From positions 128,001 to 192,000 of the forward strand of contig JBPOGF010000002.1 in assembly GCA_051251915.1 (NCBI GenBank): 64,000 bases of DNA, read 5' to 3'. Below are positions 1 to 10,592 of this stretch, piece after piece (the stretch's first letter is position 1; every line of letters starts with the position of its first letter). This DNA comes from Akkermansiaceae bacterium. Lineage in GTDB: Bacteria; Verrucomicrobiota; Verrucomicrobiia; Verrucomicrobiales; Akkermansiaceae. A program made the translations under genes and the position numbers. Under the pieces are notes generated by a model. That model searched no databases. It worked only from the letters and a program-made list of their open reading frames with translations, and had not been told where the DNA came from.

Positions 1-160
1 ATGTGAAAGTGTCGGAGTGATGTGTGTTAGTTTCGTTAGCTGATACTTTACATAAGCTAGAGTGAACTTGACCATATGAGTTGTGTTGGCTAGGTTGGGG
101 GGACTATAAAATCTTTCCTTTTTGCCACTTTGGCTTCTATCTATCTCGTCCTTACTCTGA

Positions 161-586
161 ATGCTAATACGGATGAGAGAGTGTGGGAGCTTACTTATGG
201 TGAGAAGCTTCGAGTGGAGTGAGCTAGGGGCAGAACTTGATGCATTGAGTACGAAGCTGGGAGGTAACTCAGGGGGAGCTTGGCGTGCTTTTTACTATTG
301 TGCATGTATCGAATACAAGTGGGCAGGCATTTATTTTAATGGTGGCTGGCTAGGTGGACCAAAATACCATGATCTGGGTTACTCTAAAAATATGCGCGTG
401 GTGATGGTCAATGGAAATAACGATCATGCTAACCGAGTGAACGATAAAGTCACAGAGATCTTACACAGCCATGATGGTACTGTAGCGATGATTTCTTTCG
501 AAGGCGGTCACCAAATACCAACCACTAGACCCCAGATCAAAGCATTCAAGTGGCTGACTGATCTTGAAGGGGTTGAGGATAAGTAA
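161..586 (+). pseudogene. Probable C-terminal remnant of an alpha/beta-hydrolase-like protein
   Basis: Contains a GNSGG (GxSxG) nucleophile-elbow motif and a late 'FEGGH' His motif. The ~30 N-terminal residues look spurious and the ORF is too short for a full fold. Confidence 0.4.
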
Positions 587-638
587 GGGTTTATGAATAA
601 TGATACTGTGGGGCTGGGGGTAAGTTTTTTTTTAACAT

Positions 639-674
639 AAAAAAGCCCATAGAGATTTCTTCTAGTGGGCTTTT
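639..674. terminator. Bidirectional intrinsic terminator
   Basis: Hairpin AAAAGCCCA-TAGAG...TTCTAGTGGGCTTTT with A/T tails, lying between convergent genes. Confidence 0.7.
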
Positions 675-773
675 GAGATTGAGTAATTTTAAATTTTCTA
701 GAATTCGAAATTATAGGACTTGTTTCTTAATCACGTGCTTTTTTGTGCCAATGGGCAGAAGTGGTTTTCTTGT

Positions 774-1460
774 CTAGCGGTTTCGGCGAGTGATGAAGCC
801 AAGGCCAGCAAGAGTTAAAAGAAGAGTGGAAGATGGTTCAGGAACTGCAGTGAGAGTTAACTCACTAATGGAGGCGCGGCCTGCGTTCACCGTGTCTGTA
901 ATAGTGAATGTGAGCACTCCCCCGGTGGAAGTGAGTCCAGTAAAGCTTTCGTAGCCATCAACGCCTACATCTGTGACAAAATCATTCTGTCGGCTATCTC
1001 CTTGGACGTTCCATGTGTGGCCAAATGTATCTGCCGCGGCTGCTGTTGAAGGTCGAAAAAAGCCCCCCGTCAAGTCGTAAGTTAAACTGTCATTGAGGCC
1101 AGAAATGGTAAAAGTTAGTGTGTCGTTATCATTACCAAATGACTGAATATGATCTGAGAAAATGGTGCTGTCAGAGCTTCCAGACCCCTGAGTGTTTGAG
1201 CCACTGGCTGAGCTGTCCATCCCGGTGACTTCAAGACTTACTCCAGTATCGGCACCGTCTGAAATACGAATTAAGTTGGTTTCGGTGTGATCAAAATTAG
1301 CTCCGGGGTCATCGCGAGTGAATTCATTCCAGTTCATGGCTGCAGTAGTTACTCCTCCGAAATCAATAGAGATGACATCAGTGGCCATAATGGCAGCGTT
1401 GGAGGTTACGACCATGGATGATAAAATGAAGGCTGTTTTGATGATTGTTGGTAGTTTCAT
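774..1460 (-). CDS. PEP-CTERM sorting-domain surface protein
   Basis: Signal peptide ending SNA-A, Thr/Ser/Asp/Gly-rich body, and C-terminal VPEPSS + TM helix + RRNR. Confidence 0.92.
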   Translation of the reverse strand: MKLPTIIKTAFILSSMVVTSNAAIMATDVISIDFGGVTTAAMNWNEFTRDDPGANFDHTETNLIRISDGADTGVSLEVTGMDSSASGSNTQGSGSSDSTIFSDHIQSFGNDNDTLTFTISGLNDSLTYDLTGGFFRPSTAAAADTFGHTWNVQGDSRQNDFVTDVGVDGYESFTGLTSTGGVLTFTITDTVNAGRASISELTLTAVPEPSSTLLLTLAGLGFITRRNR

Positions 1461-1667
1461 GTGTTTGATTGTGTGTTACTTGTGATTATTAATTTATGGG
1501 GTGTGTCAGTCAATTAATTAAAAGATAAGAGGTGATCTATTAGGACTAACTCACTTTGGCGAGATTCTCATCATCGCAATAGCAGTCATCATTCACCTGT
1601 CTATCAATTCTAAACAATGGCATTGAACTTGGTTAATGATAGTAGGTGTAAGATTTTTAGAATACCT

Positions 1668-3503
1668 CTATTTTGGGGTAGACTCGATGACTAGGTAGTA
1701 TGCGGTGTGTGGGCCGTCTGGGGTTTCGAATAGTGCTGAGAGTTGGTGGACTCCGGTGGGTAGCTTGGCTTTGAGTATTAGTGCGGGTTTTGTGGGGTCT
1801 GCTTTTCCTGCAGCTATTTTTTCTCCATTGAGGAGGAGGTGACCGGACTTGATGTTTAGGGCTCTTGCAGGGATGGTGCGGTGAGCGTCTGTTGTACCTG
1901 GGACTTGTTGCCCTACTGGAGCAGATGCGTTTAGGGCGAGGCCGGTGTAGAGTGGGTAGCGGGATAGTTTGAAGGTGTATTCGGCTGGTTTAGTGACTTT
2001 TAGCTGCCAGTAGGCTGCGCCGTCTTTGTTGATTCCGGTGAGTTTGCCTTCGCGAATGTATCTTTGATTCCAGGCTACTGAGCTGGTGCCACCGGTGCCT
2101 ACGAGGTCATGGGCTGTTAGTTGGAGGGGTTTAGGGTTTTCTCCTAGGTGGAATGGTGCGCCTTCTGCGAAGGATTTTTCCATGCTCGCCCACCAGTCTT
2201 CATAGCTTTGTCGCATAGCTTTGACGCGCTCAGGGTGTTCCTTTGCGACGTTCTTTTTCTGGGCTGGGTCTTTAGAGATTTGGTAGAGTTTTGAGCCGTT
2301 TAGTAGTCTCCAGTCTTGGGTCATGATTGCGCAGTTTTTCCATTTGGCGGGGGTGACGTTGCGTTGAGAATCTGTGATGAGTGTGCGTGCTGGCCAGTCT
2401 TTGACTTCTTCGTTTTCTAGTAAGGGAACGAGGGATGAGCCGTCGATGGGAAGGTTCTTGGTATCAGTAAGCTTGAAGCCGCATAGTTCGCCAAGGGTGG
2501 GTAGGATATCGATGTGGGCTGAGAGTTGAGGTATATCACGGCCTTTGTTCCAGCCTTTACTTGGCCAGTGGAGGAAGAAGGGGACTCTGTGACCGCCGTC
2601 GGTGGTTTTGCCTTTGCCTCCGCTCATTCCTGCGTTGTGGACTTTCGTGCCTCTAACTGATCCGTTGTCAGTGGTGAAGATGAAGATGGTGTTATCTGCG
2701 GCTCCAATATCAGTGAGTTTTTTGCGGAGCTGGCCGACGTTGTCATCGATGTTGGTGATCATTCCGAAGAAGGGTGCAAGGTCGCCTTTTTGGTTGGGAT
2801 ACATGTCTAGATATTTCTTTGGGGCGTGGAAGGGGCCGTGGGGAGCATTGGTTGAAATGTAGGCGAAGAATGGTTTTTTAGCTGTGTGTTGCTCTTCGAT
2901 GAACTTAGTAGCTTCTTCGAAAAAGACGTCTGTGCAGAAGCCTTTGGCTTGGACGGGTTCACCGTCTTCGAGGTAGGTGTCATCAAAGTAGGCGTTGTCC
3001 CAGAGATCTGGAGTCTGGCCTATGCCCCCGCCTCCATGGATGTAGACTTTTTTGAATCCACGGTATTGAGGCTGATATGGGTAGCTATCTCCGAGGTGCC
3101 ATTTACCGAAAATACCTGTGACGTATCCCGCCTGGGAGAGGTAGTCTGCAATGGTTGTCTCGTTTGGTCGTAGTAGTGAGCGGCCCATGATGGTGTGCCA
3201 TGCTCCGGTGCGGTTTGTGAAGCGGCCGGTCATGAGGGCTGCTCGAGTGGGGGTGCATGTTGGGGCTACGTGGTAATCTGTTAGTCTGAGTGATTCTGAG
3301 TGTAGCTTATCAATATGTGGAGTCTTGATGATTGGGTTGCCGTGGCAGGCGAGGTCTCCGTAGCCTTGGTCATCGGTGATGACGAAGACGATGTTTGGAG
3401 TCGCCTTGTCTTGAGCGTGAGATACTCCTAGGAGAGCTGCTGTTAACCATAGAATTATTTTCATCTCATTACGATTCACGAAAATTGTAGTGATGGCACG
3501 CAT
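1668..3503 (-). CDS. Secreted Cys-type arylsulfatase with C-terminal beta-domain (true start probably 3464)
   Basis: Motifs PNIVFVITDDQG, CTPTRAALMTG (CxPxR), GKWHLG and TTDNG. Signal peptide begins at MKIILW. Confidence 0.92.
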   Translation of the reverse strand: MRAITTIFVNRNEMKIILWLTAALLGVSHAQDKATPNIVFVITDDQGYGDLACHGNPIIKTPHIDKLHSESLRLTDYHVAPTCTPTRAALMTGRFTNRTGAWHTIMGRSLLRPNETTIADYLSQAGYVTGIFGKWHLGDSYPYQPQYRGFKKVYIHGGGGIGQTPDLWDNAYFDDTYLEDGEPVQAKGFCTDVFFEEATKFIEEQHTAKKPFFAYISTNAPHGPFHAPKKYLDMYPNQKGDLAPFFGMITNIDDNVGQLRKKLTDIGAADNTIFIFTTDNGSVRGTKVHNAGMSGGKGKTTDGGHRVPFFLHWPSKGWNKGRDIPQLSAHIDILPTLGELCGFKLTDTKNLPIDGSSLVPLLENEEVKDWPARTLITDSQRNVTPAKWKNCAIMTQDWRLLNGSKLYQISKDPAQKKNVAKEHPERVKAMRQSYEDWWASMEKSFAEGAPFHLGENPKPLQLTAHDLVGTGGTSSVAWNQRYIREGKLTGINKDGAAYWQLKVTKPAEYTFKLSRYPLYTGLALNASAPVGQQVPGTTDAHRTIPARALNIKSGHLLLNGEKIAAGKADPTKPALILKAKLPTGVHQLSALFETPDGPHTAYYLVIESTPK

Positions 3504-3675
3504 AAAATTGGTCTAATTTTGAGGAAGGGATGGAGTGGGGTTTGACCTGTGGTGCTTTTTTATGTATTTGAAATGTGCAGAATTTATCTGATGGAATGGT
3601 GGGGTGAGGGGGATTATGGTGAGCTTGGGTGTTTTTCTTAGTTTTCATTTGGGGGGAGATGGGTAAGGGTTAGTT

Positions 3676-4647
3676 ATGGGTAAACGGCAAGATAGGGGGC
3701 AATCGCAGAAGTTGGGAGGGAAGGGATTGCATGTGAGAAACGCTCATGGGAAGGGGTATGATTTTGCTGCATTGATGCAATTTGATGAAGATCTGGGTGG
3801 GTATGTTAGGGGGAACGAGTATGGGGGTGAAACGATTGATTTTTCTGATCCAGAGGCGGTGAAGAGTTTGAATAGAGCGTTACTGAAGTATCATTATGGG
3901 ATAGTGGGGTGGGACATTCCTGATGGGTTTTTGTGTCCACCAATACCGGGGCGGGTTGACTATATCCATTATGTTGCTGAGTTGTTAGGGGTGGGTGTGC
4001 CTATTGATGGTGTATGCGAACCTATTAGGATGCTGGATATCGGCACTGGGGCTAATGGTATTTATGCCTTTTTAGCTTGTGTGGTTTATGGTTGGAAATG
4101 CACTGCGAGTGATATCGATGAGGTTTCGTTAAAGAATGTGGCTGCTATCATCGATCGGAATCCAGAGTTAGAAGGGCGTATTGAGTTGCGATTACAGAAA
4201 GATAATAGTTATGTTTTCGAGGGGGTTGTTAAGGAGGGAGAGGTCTATGATGTGTGTGTGTGTAATCCTCCGTTTCATGCTTCGTTGGAGGAGGCTCTTA
4301 AGGGGAATCAAAAGAAGCTAGCGAATCTGAACAGAAATCGTCAGGTGCGACAGAGTAGATCAGATTTTGGAAAACGAGGGCAGTCAGAGTCCGAGGCGGT
4401 GTTAAATTTTGGAGGTCAGAAGGCGGAGTTGTGGTGTAAAGGCGGAGAGATTAGATTTCTTCGTAAAATGTTGAAGGAGAGTAAGATGTTTTCCGAACAG
4501 TGTGGGTGGTTCACGAGCTTGATTTCAAAAATCGAGAACGTGAAGCCATCACTAAAGATCTTGTCTAAGTTGGGTGCGAGGGAGGTAAAAGAGATTCCGA
4601 TGCAGCAGGGTAACAAGGTGACGAGGGTCTTGGCTTGGAGGTTTTAG
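3676..4647 (+). CDS. rlmF: 23S rRNA (adenine1618-N6)-methyltransferase
   Basis: Motifs TIDFSDP.AVK.LN.ALL, LCPPIPGR.DYIH, LDIGTGAN.IY, CNPPFH, LNFGGQ.AELWC.GGE and M.QG.K..R..AW.F. Confidence 0.93.
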   Translation: MGKRQDRGQSQKLGGKGLHVRNAHGKGYDFAALMQFDEDLGGYVRGNEYGGETIDFSDPEAVKSLNRALLKYHYGIVGWDIPDGFLCPPIPGRVDYIHYVAELLGVGVPIDGVCEPIRMLDIGTGANGIYAFLACVVYGWKCTASDIDEVSLKNVAAIIDRNPELEGRIELRLQKDNSYVFEGVVKEGEVYDVCVCNPPFHASLEEALKGNQKKLANLNRNRQVRQSRSDFGKRGQSESEAVLNFGGQKAELWCKGGEIRFLRKMLKESKMFSEQCGWFTSLISKIENVKPSLKILSKLGAREVKEIPMQQGNKVTRVLAWRF

Positions 4648-4710
4648 GCTTTAATGCAGCTTCGGATATCTACAGATTTAGACTAATGTTTAAATCTTTG
4701 ATTAATCTTC

Positions 4711-5277
4711 TTAAGATGTCCGTCCCGGGACTCCTGTGCTCTTACGTAGACTTACCGGTGGGCCTAGGACTTCGCCGTAAATAAAGGCTGAACGTGCTGC
4801 TTTGGGGTCTTTTAGGCTAGATCGCACGGATCGCGAAGAGCTTATTGGACGAGTAGTCTGGAGATTGCTGATTTCTCTGTTCGTTTGAATTCGCTTGTGA
4901 GTTGACTGAGATTGGAGTCGGGCCGCTTCGCGCTTGGTCGCTTCTATTTTTTTGAGCTGGGCTTCCATTTCATTATCATAGGAATCATCGGACTGATCCC
5001 AGGAGAAATCTCTGGAGTGTTCACTTTCTGCTTGCAGGCGCTGTTTGCTAAGATTGGGAATAGGGGAAGGATTTTGTTTTCTAGGATCTGTAATTGGCGG
5101 TGTGCGGCCTTGAGACTGAACTTGGCGTTGGTATTCTTCTTCCTCCGCCTCGAAGTCGTGATCTTGCAGAGGGTCAGGTGAGCTCTCTTTGGCTTTATTT
5201 TTTTTGTCGACAATGCTCCCCACTATATAAAAAATGCCGACAATGATTGGCCCGATGATTTCTAGAATATTATCCAT
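4711..5277 (-). CDS. YqfB-like membrane-anchored hypothetical protein (last gene of the NfeD-FloA operon)
   Basis: N-terminal TM helix, charged low-complexity body and C-terminal 'ARSAFIYGEVLGPP' motif. Lies 9 bp downstream of floA. Confidence 0.7.
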   Translation of the reverse strand: MDNILEIIGPIIVGIFYIVGSIVDKKNKAKESSPDPLQDHDFEAEEEEYQRQVQSQGRTPPITDPRKQNPSPIPNLSKQRLQAESEHSRDFSWDQSDDSYDNEMEAQLKKIEATKREAARLQSQSTHKRIQTNREISNLQTTRPISSSRSVRSSLKDPKAARSAFIYGEVLGPPVSLRKSTGVPGRTS

Positions 5278-5286
5278 AGAGAGTTG

Positions 5287-6318
5287 TTAATTTGACTCAT
5301 CGCCTTTGGAGATCGAATCGCGCATGTCAGTGTCCGCTTTGATATTATTCATACGGTAGTAGTCCATGACGCCGAGATTCCCTGAACGGAATGCCTCAGC
5401 GAGAGCGAGCGGAACTTGAGCTTCTGCCTCGACTACCTTGGCATTCATTTCCTCTACGCGAGCCTTCATTTCTTGTTCTAGGGCAACCGCTGCTGCGCGA
5501 CGCATCTCGGCTTTGGCTTGAGCTACGTTCTTATCGGCTTCTGCCTGAGATTCCTGTAGTTTTGCTCCGATGTTTTCGCCGACGTCAACATCAGCAATAT
5601 CGATAGAAAGGATTTCGAAAGCGGTGCCAACGTCTAAGCCGCGGCCGAGCACCGTTTTAGAGATCATATCTGGAGACTCGAGAACGACCTTATAGGATGC
5701 AGCCGAACCGATCGTGGTCACGATGCCTTCGCCTACTCGGGCGATGACTGTTTCTTCTAGGGCGCTTCCTACATAATTATCTAAATTCGAGCGCACTGTG
5801 ACACGAGCACGCGCTTTCACTTGAATCCCGTCTTTAGCAACACCATCAATGGTCGAGCGCCCACTGCTGGGAGCGGGACATTCGATCACTTTAGGATTGA
5901 TCGAGGTGCGAACGGCTTCCAATACTGACTTGCCGGTTCCCTGAGTAGCGAGGTCAATGGCGCAGGCGCGTTGCCAGTCGAGCGTGATGTTTGCTTTATC
6001 AGCTGCGATTAGGGCTTGGACGGTTTGGAGCACGTTACCATCAGCTAGATAGTGTGCTTCAAGGTTATTAGCACTGATCTCGATCCCTGCTTTTACGGAG
6101 GTGATACGAGCATCTACTATGAGTGATGTAGGCACGCCACGGAGACGCATTGCTACGAGTGTAGGGAATCCGACGGATGCTCCAGAAAGGTAGGCTCGCA
6201 GCCAGATATTGAAGAAGTTGATAATAATAAAAGCAATGATCAAGATGACCACTCCGAGAACTGTAGTTATAGCTATCTGTGTGGTAGTTAAGCCAAGAAT
6301 GAGATTGAGTGAGTTCAT
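5287..6318 (-). CDS. floA: Flotillin-like protein FloA (YqfA/UPF0365)
   Basis: Motifs [63 protein letters not shown] and GNLGVMDYY. Confidence 0.93.
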   Translation of the reverse strand: MNSLNLILGLTTTQIAITTVLGVVILIIAFIIINFFNIWLRAYLSGASVGFPTLVAMRLRGVPTSLIVDARITSVKAGIEISANNLEAHYLADGNVLQTVQALIAADKANITLDWQRACAIDLATQGTGKSVLEAVRTSINPKVIECPAPSSGRSTIDGVAKDGIQVKARARVTVRSNLDNYVGSALEETVIARVGEGIVTTIGSAASYKVVLESPDMISKTVLGRGLDVGTAFEILSIDIADVDVGENIGAKLQESQAEADKNVAQAKAEMRRAAAVALEQEMKARVEEMNAKVVEAEAQVPLALAEAFRSGNLGVMDYYRMNNIKADTDMRDSISKGDESN

Positions 6319-6432
6319 AATGTTATATTTGTTGTCTAAAAGTTTTTCAAGGCTCTAGCTGATACGCCATTTGCATCCTATCTATAGAACTGTCTGTGAC
6401 GATCGTCAAGGTGAGAAAGTGTGAGGAAATAT

Positions 6433-6894
6433 TTATCGTTTTCTAACTTTTATTTTAAAGTTGTGTTGAGCTACTACGGAGATTTCTTGTTTTGCGTCGA
6501 TATATCCATCTTCAGAAGCAGCTTCATAGTGTGAGCCCTCTATCGTTACTTTACCGCTAGGATTAAGCCGCGTGATTGCCACGCCTTGTTTACCTATCAA
6601 TGAGATATCCGTGGTCGGTCCTGTGTGACCTGAAACTGATTCTTTTAAGAAGAAGGCATTTCCTAGAGAGGTGTTTTTAAGTAGCCTGAACTCGATCAGA
6701 ATCAGTGCTGTGCTTAGTAAGCCAGCGCTAAAAAAGACAGCGGCAGCTACCCATATGCCGTAGTCATTGTGTGCCAAAACCGTAGCGGCAATGACACACA
6801 GAGCGGCAATGGCTCCTAGTATTCCACCAGGTAGGATGATCTCAAAGGCGATCAGAACCAATGCGGTAACTATCAGGATAAGAATCAAACTCAT
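6433..6894 (-). CDS. Short NfeD-family membrane protein
   Basis: TM segments with EIILPGG, then an OB-fold-like 'GKQGVAITRLNPSGKVTIEG'. Overlaps the upstream gene by 4 bp. Confidence 0.85.
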   Translation of the reverse strand: MSLILILIVTALVLIAFEIILPGGILGAIAALCVIAATVLAHNDYGIWVAAAVFFSAGLLSTALILIEFRLLKNTSLGNAFFLKESVSGHTGPTTDISLIGKQGVAITRLNPSGKVTIEGSHYEAASEDGYIDAKQEISVVAQHNFKIKVRKR

Positions 6895-8372
6895 TCTGCC
6901 ACCTCCACGATAAGGGTTTGATCGCGAACGGCGACTACTTGCACGGCACTTCCATTATCGATCACTCCTAAATCAGAACGTGCGTCGTAGCGGACACCCT
7001 CTATTTCCACTCGACCGCTCGGAAACATGTCGGTTATTGCCAAGCCACTTGAACCAGGAAGGGGCAGTAATGCTTCATGCTCTGCTGTAGTGGAACCTTT
7101 GACAGAATCTACGAGCACCATTTTGCCTTCCATCCATGAACCTTTAAAAAATCTGGAGAATATCAGTATTCCTACAAAGGCGATAGTTAAACCATAAATC
7201 AAGGTAACCATGGGCTCTAGCAACGCATCTGAAGAGATCACAACGCCTTCATCAGGCCAGATGTCGACCATGGACCATAATACGGAACCTAGCATCAGGA
7301 CAAGACCGCTCAATGCGAAGATGATCGTTCCTGGGAAAAAGAAAAGTTCGATAAATACCAGTAATATTCCAATCGCGAAAAAGAGTATAGGTTCGTTCCC
7401 TGCGAGGCCTGCGATATTTTGAATAATAAAGAACACTGCGATTAGCGCAAGACCACCAATGCCAAAGATACCGAAACCAGGGGTCTTGAATTCAAGGAAA
7501 AGTAGCAACAAGCCCAGGCCAATCAATCCTGGTGCGAAAACAAATGCCCACTTAGCAAATTTTTCAGAGTAGGTGATTTCAAAGTCTTTGATTACAAATT
7601 GATCTGTGCCAAAACGAGCTTCTAGTAGGGTGTCAATCGAGTCATAGATGCCGCTTCCTAGCAAATTACTAGAGTCGTCTCCGTAAGTATCGTGAGCTTG
7701 AGAAGCCGTGAGTGTGAGCACTTCCCCAGCAGGCTTTATAATAATATCGCCAATCTTCAGCTCGAAATCTGCATCCAACATAGCTCTGATGACATCAGAG
7801 CGATAAGGGTAATCCTCAGTCATTGAGCGAACATGAGCCCTGAGGTAGCTTTCAATCTTTAGACGTGCTGTTTCTGGAACATCTTGACCACCGCCTAGGA
7901 TCACTGCAGAGGCTCCCATTTTGCCCCTTGGCGCAAAGTAAATTTCTTGGGTAGCAGCAGCAATAAATGAGCCTGCTGAGATCGCGTCAGGATTGACATA
8001 GGTCGCAGTGATTCCGTCAAATTTATCCAACATTTCCATCATTTCTATGCAGTATTCAACTCCTCCGCCAGGAGTATCCATGTCAAGAATGACCATATCA
8101 ACGTCGTTTTCAATAGCCTCTTTCAAGCCACGACGCAGGATAAAAAGATTCGGCTTATCAATTGGTCCTTCAATGGGGATTACATAGACAGATTTTTTTG
8201 CAACCGATTCAGAAGGGATTGAAGGCTCAGCAGTTGCTGACTCTTGGCTAAAGCTGAGCAGTGAAGTGAGTATCAAGCATAGTGACAAGATACTTAACAA
8301 GCTCGGGGAGGATGCCGCAGGCAATGTATAGCCAGTAGAAGGGTGCTTCTTAATTGACATGATAGAGGGCAT
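6891..8372 (-). CDS. Long NfeD-family protein (ClpP-class protease domain + TM + OB fold; YqeZ-like)
   Basis: Motifs VYVIPIEGPI, LDMDTPGG, AISAGSFIA, EFKTPGFGIFG and a C-terminal 'GLAITDMFPSGRV'. Confidence 0.9.
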   Translation of the reverse strand: MPSIMSIKKHPSTGYTLPAASSPSLLSILSLCLILTSLLSFSQESATAEPSIPSESVAKKSVYVIPIEGPIDKPNLFILRRGLKEAIENDVDMVILDMDTPGGGVEYCIEMMEMLDKFDGITATYVNPDAISAGSFIAAATQEIYFAPRGKMGASAVILGGGQDVPETARLKIESYLRAHVRSMTEDYPYRSDVIRAMLDADFELKIGDIIIKPAGEVLTLTASQAHDTYGDDSSNLLGSGIYDSIDTLLEARFGTDQFVIKDFEITYSEKFAKWAFVFAPGLIGLGLLLLFLEFKTPGFGIFGIGGLALIAVFFIIQNIAGLAGNEPILFFAIGILLVFIELFFFPGTIIFALSGLVLMLGSVLWSMVDIWPDEGVVISSDALLEPMVTLIYGLTIAFVGILIFSRFFKGSWMEGKMVLVDSVKGSTTAEHEALLPLPGSSGLAITDMFPSGRVEIEGVRYDARSDLGVIDNGSAVQVVAVRDQTLIVEVAE

Positions 8373-8663
8373 TAGATCGGGTTTGAAAAGAGATGCTGTG
8401 GTGAAAAGATGAATGAGATAAATACCATTTCATACTAACGACGGATTACTCCCAAGCAAGGGGAAATAGTAAAAATCAACTACTATTTGATGGGTATTAG
8501 GCGTTATGATCTTTTCGCTTTTCCCTTGTCAGACCGTTACGCACCCGTCAGTGTATCATTATTTCCTTCCGCAATAGCCTTGCTCCATCGTCCCTCGATC
8601 ACCTCAACAATGTCCACAGGGGCACTTCGCAATAAGTAGATACCTAACAATAACATCAAAGAT

Positions 8664-9155
8664 ATGAAAAATTTAATTTGGCTTCCGTGCCTATTCCTAG
8701 TTTCCGCTTGCGGCGAAGAAAAGAGCGCAACGGGCGAAACACTTACTGAATCTGAACCTGCTGTGGTAGAGGTGATGCCTGCTCCTGAGGAGGCTACACC
8801 CGTCGCTCGAGACGCGGGACTACCTTGGGACATCCCGACCATACCCAATGCGCGAGTCATCCATAGCAGTTCAACATTCTCCAAAACCACGGTACGACGT
8901 GGCGGTGAATCCACCGCTTTAATTGCTTTCAAAGGTTCCGCTGCAGAGATTGTTGACTTTTATGAGCAAGCGCTTCCTGAGCTTGGCTTCGAGATCACCC
9001 ACAGCCGTGATCTTGATGAGAAAAGCTCAAGGTTAAATGCGACGCATGCTGATGGCAGACAGTTTCAGGTCTTTGCAAACCGCGGAGGATCGAAGGCCAA
9101 AGATGGAGAGAGCTCTGCCTCACTTGTCGCGACTAAAGCAAAATTGGAGGAATAA
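8664..9155 (+). CDS. Hypothetical lipoprotein
   Basis: ATG start, lipobox-like LVSAC, acidic/Pro linker and 'IVDFYEQALPELGF'. Confidence 0.7.
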   Translation: MKNLIWLPCLFLVSACGEEKSATGETLTESEPAVVEVMPAPEEATPVARDAGLPWDIPTIPNARVIHSSSTFSKTTVRRGGESTALIAFKGSAAEIVDFYEQALPELGFEITHSRDLDEKSSRLNATHADGRQFQVFANRGGSKAKDGESSASLVATKAKLEE

Positions 9156-9290
9156 GAGCGGCGACCTTCGAATATGATAAATATCCGAGCAACTGTATTC
9201 GTAAGGTTTCATAAGGAGCAGCTCTTGAACCGTTAATTTTTTATTTATCTGACTACTTATATTTTACTCAGAAATCAAATTCTTAGCAGC

Positions 9291-10448
9291 ATGATACAAA
9301 GACTCTTTAATCTAACAGTGGCTTCTTTCGCCGTTTTACTGCTTTGCCCAACGATCATGGCAGAGCCTTCCCAGCCCAAGCCCTTCGTTCATCCTGGGAT
9401 GCTGCACAGTAATGCTGAGCTGACTTTCATCAAAGGGAAAATCGCTTCCGAAGAAGAGCCGTGGAAGTCTGCATGGGAACAATTGAGCTCCGCTAAAGTG
9501 GCCTCACTCAACCACAGCCTAAGTGCTACCGCCAATGTCGTGCGAGGAGCCAGAAACAGACCTGATATCGGTAGCTCGGACATGTCAAGCGATGCAGCTG
9601 CTGCCTATGCTCATGCGCTTCAATGGAGCCTTACCGGTGAACAGGCCCACGCGTCAAAAGCGATTGAAATCCTGAACGCGTGGTCAGGTAGCTTAAAATC
9701 GGTAGGCGGGCACGACGCCAAATTACTCATTGGTATGGATGGCATCTCCTTCTGCAATGCCGCGGAACTCATCCGCCACACTAGCGATCAATGGAAGGCG
9801 GCTGATCAAAAACAATTTGAACAAATGCTGAGGCAAGTATTTTATCCTGTTATCAAAGATTTCTACCCAACCGCGAACGGAAATTGGGACGCCTCAATGA
9901 TTCAGACAATGATCGCCATGGGTATTTTCCTAGATGACCGTGCGATGTTCGAGCAAGCCACGACTTATTTCCGATCCGGCAACGGAAACGGAGCCATTAC
10001 CAATTATCTCAATGAGTTTGGCGAATGCCAGGAAAGTGGTCGCGACCAACTCCACACCCAAATGGGTCTAGGCTACCTCAGCTGCGCCAGCGAGATGGCC
10101 TGGAAGCAAGGAGTCGACCTCTACTCCGAAGCTGATAGTCGCTTGGCCAAAGGATTCGAATACACCGCCAAATACAATCTTGGTGAAGACGTTCCTTTCG
10201 AGCCATTTCGGAGTGTCGATGGCCGTTATCATTACAATAAGATTTCGAAAAACTCCCGCGGGCGCTTCCGTCCCATTTATGAACGAACCTTACATCACTA
10301 TCAAGATCGTATGGGGCTTAAGATGCCCTACAGCCAGAAAGTGGCTAAAACCAAACGTCCCGAAGCCCCCCACGGTCAGCACATCTCATGGGGGACATTA
10401 ATGTATTACGGATTACCGCGCGACCTGCATCCTCTAAAGGCAAAGTAG
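9291..10448 (+). CDS. Secreted alginate-lyase-family (alpha/alpha toroid, PF05426-like) protein
   Basis: Signal peptide; motifs FVHPGMLH, EPWKSAW, AIEILNAW, NGNWD, QESGRDQLHTQ and GFEYTAKYN. Confidence 0.8.
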   Translation: MIQRLFNLTVASFAVLLLCPTIMAEPSQPKPFVHPGMLHSNAELTFIKGKIASEEEPWKSAWEQLSSAKVASLNHSLSATANVVRGARNRPDIGSSDMSSDAAAAYAHALQWSLTGEQAHASKAIEILNAWSGSLKSVGGHDAKLLIGMDGISFCNAAELIRHTSDQWKAADQKQFEQMLRQVFYPVIKDFYPTANGNWDASMIQTMIAMGIFLDDRAMFEQATTYFRSGNGNGAITNYLNEFGECQESGRDQLHTQMGLGYLSCASEMAWKQGVDLYSEADSRLAKGFEYTAKYNLGEDVPFEPFRSVDGRYHYNKISKNSRGRFRPIYERTLHHYQDRMGLKMPYSQKVAKTKRPEAPHGQHISWGTLMYYGLPRDLHPLKAK

Positions 10449-10450
10449 AG
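10307..10450 (+). repeat. Direct repeat copy 1 (last 47 codons of the lyase gene plus 2 nt)
   Basis: Hand alignment with 14391-14535 gives 10 substitutions and one 1-nt insertion over 144 bp. Confidence 0.95.
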
Positions 10451-10534
10451 TATACATTATTTGTCTGACGACCTGAGAAATGGATAGTTATTTGAGTTTT
10501 TGTTTTATGAGGGGGTTATCTAGTATCTATTTTT

Positions 10535-10563
10535 TTGACAGAGTGTTCGGATCTATTTTAACT
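10535..10563 (+). promoter_or_regulatory. Putative sigma70-type promoter for the fusion gene
   Basis: TTGACA-N17-TTAACT about 30 bp upstream of the start. Confidence 0.5.
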
Positions 10564-10592
10564 GTATGAGTTAAATATTTACAAATAGCAGA

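Noticed and set aside
8537..8932. 131-aa minus-strand ORF
   Set aside because: It overlaps the better-supported lipoprotein on the opposite strand and has no recognisable features.
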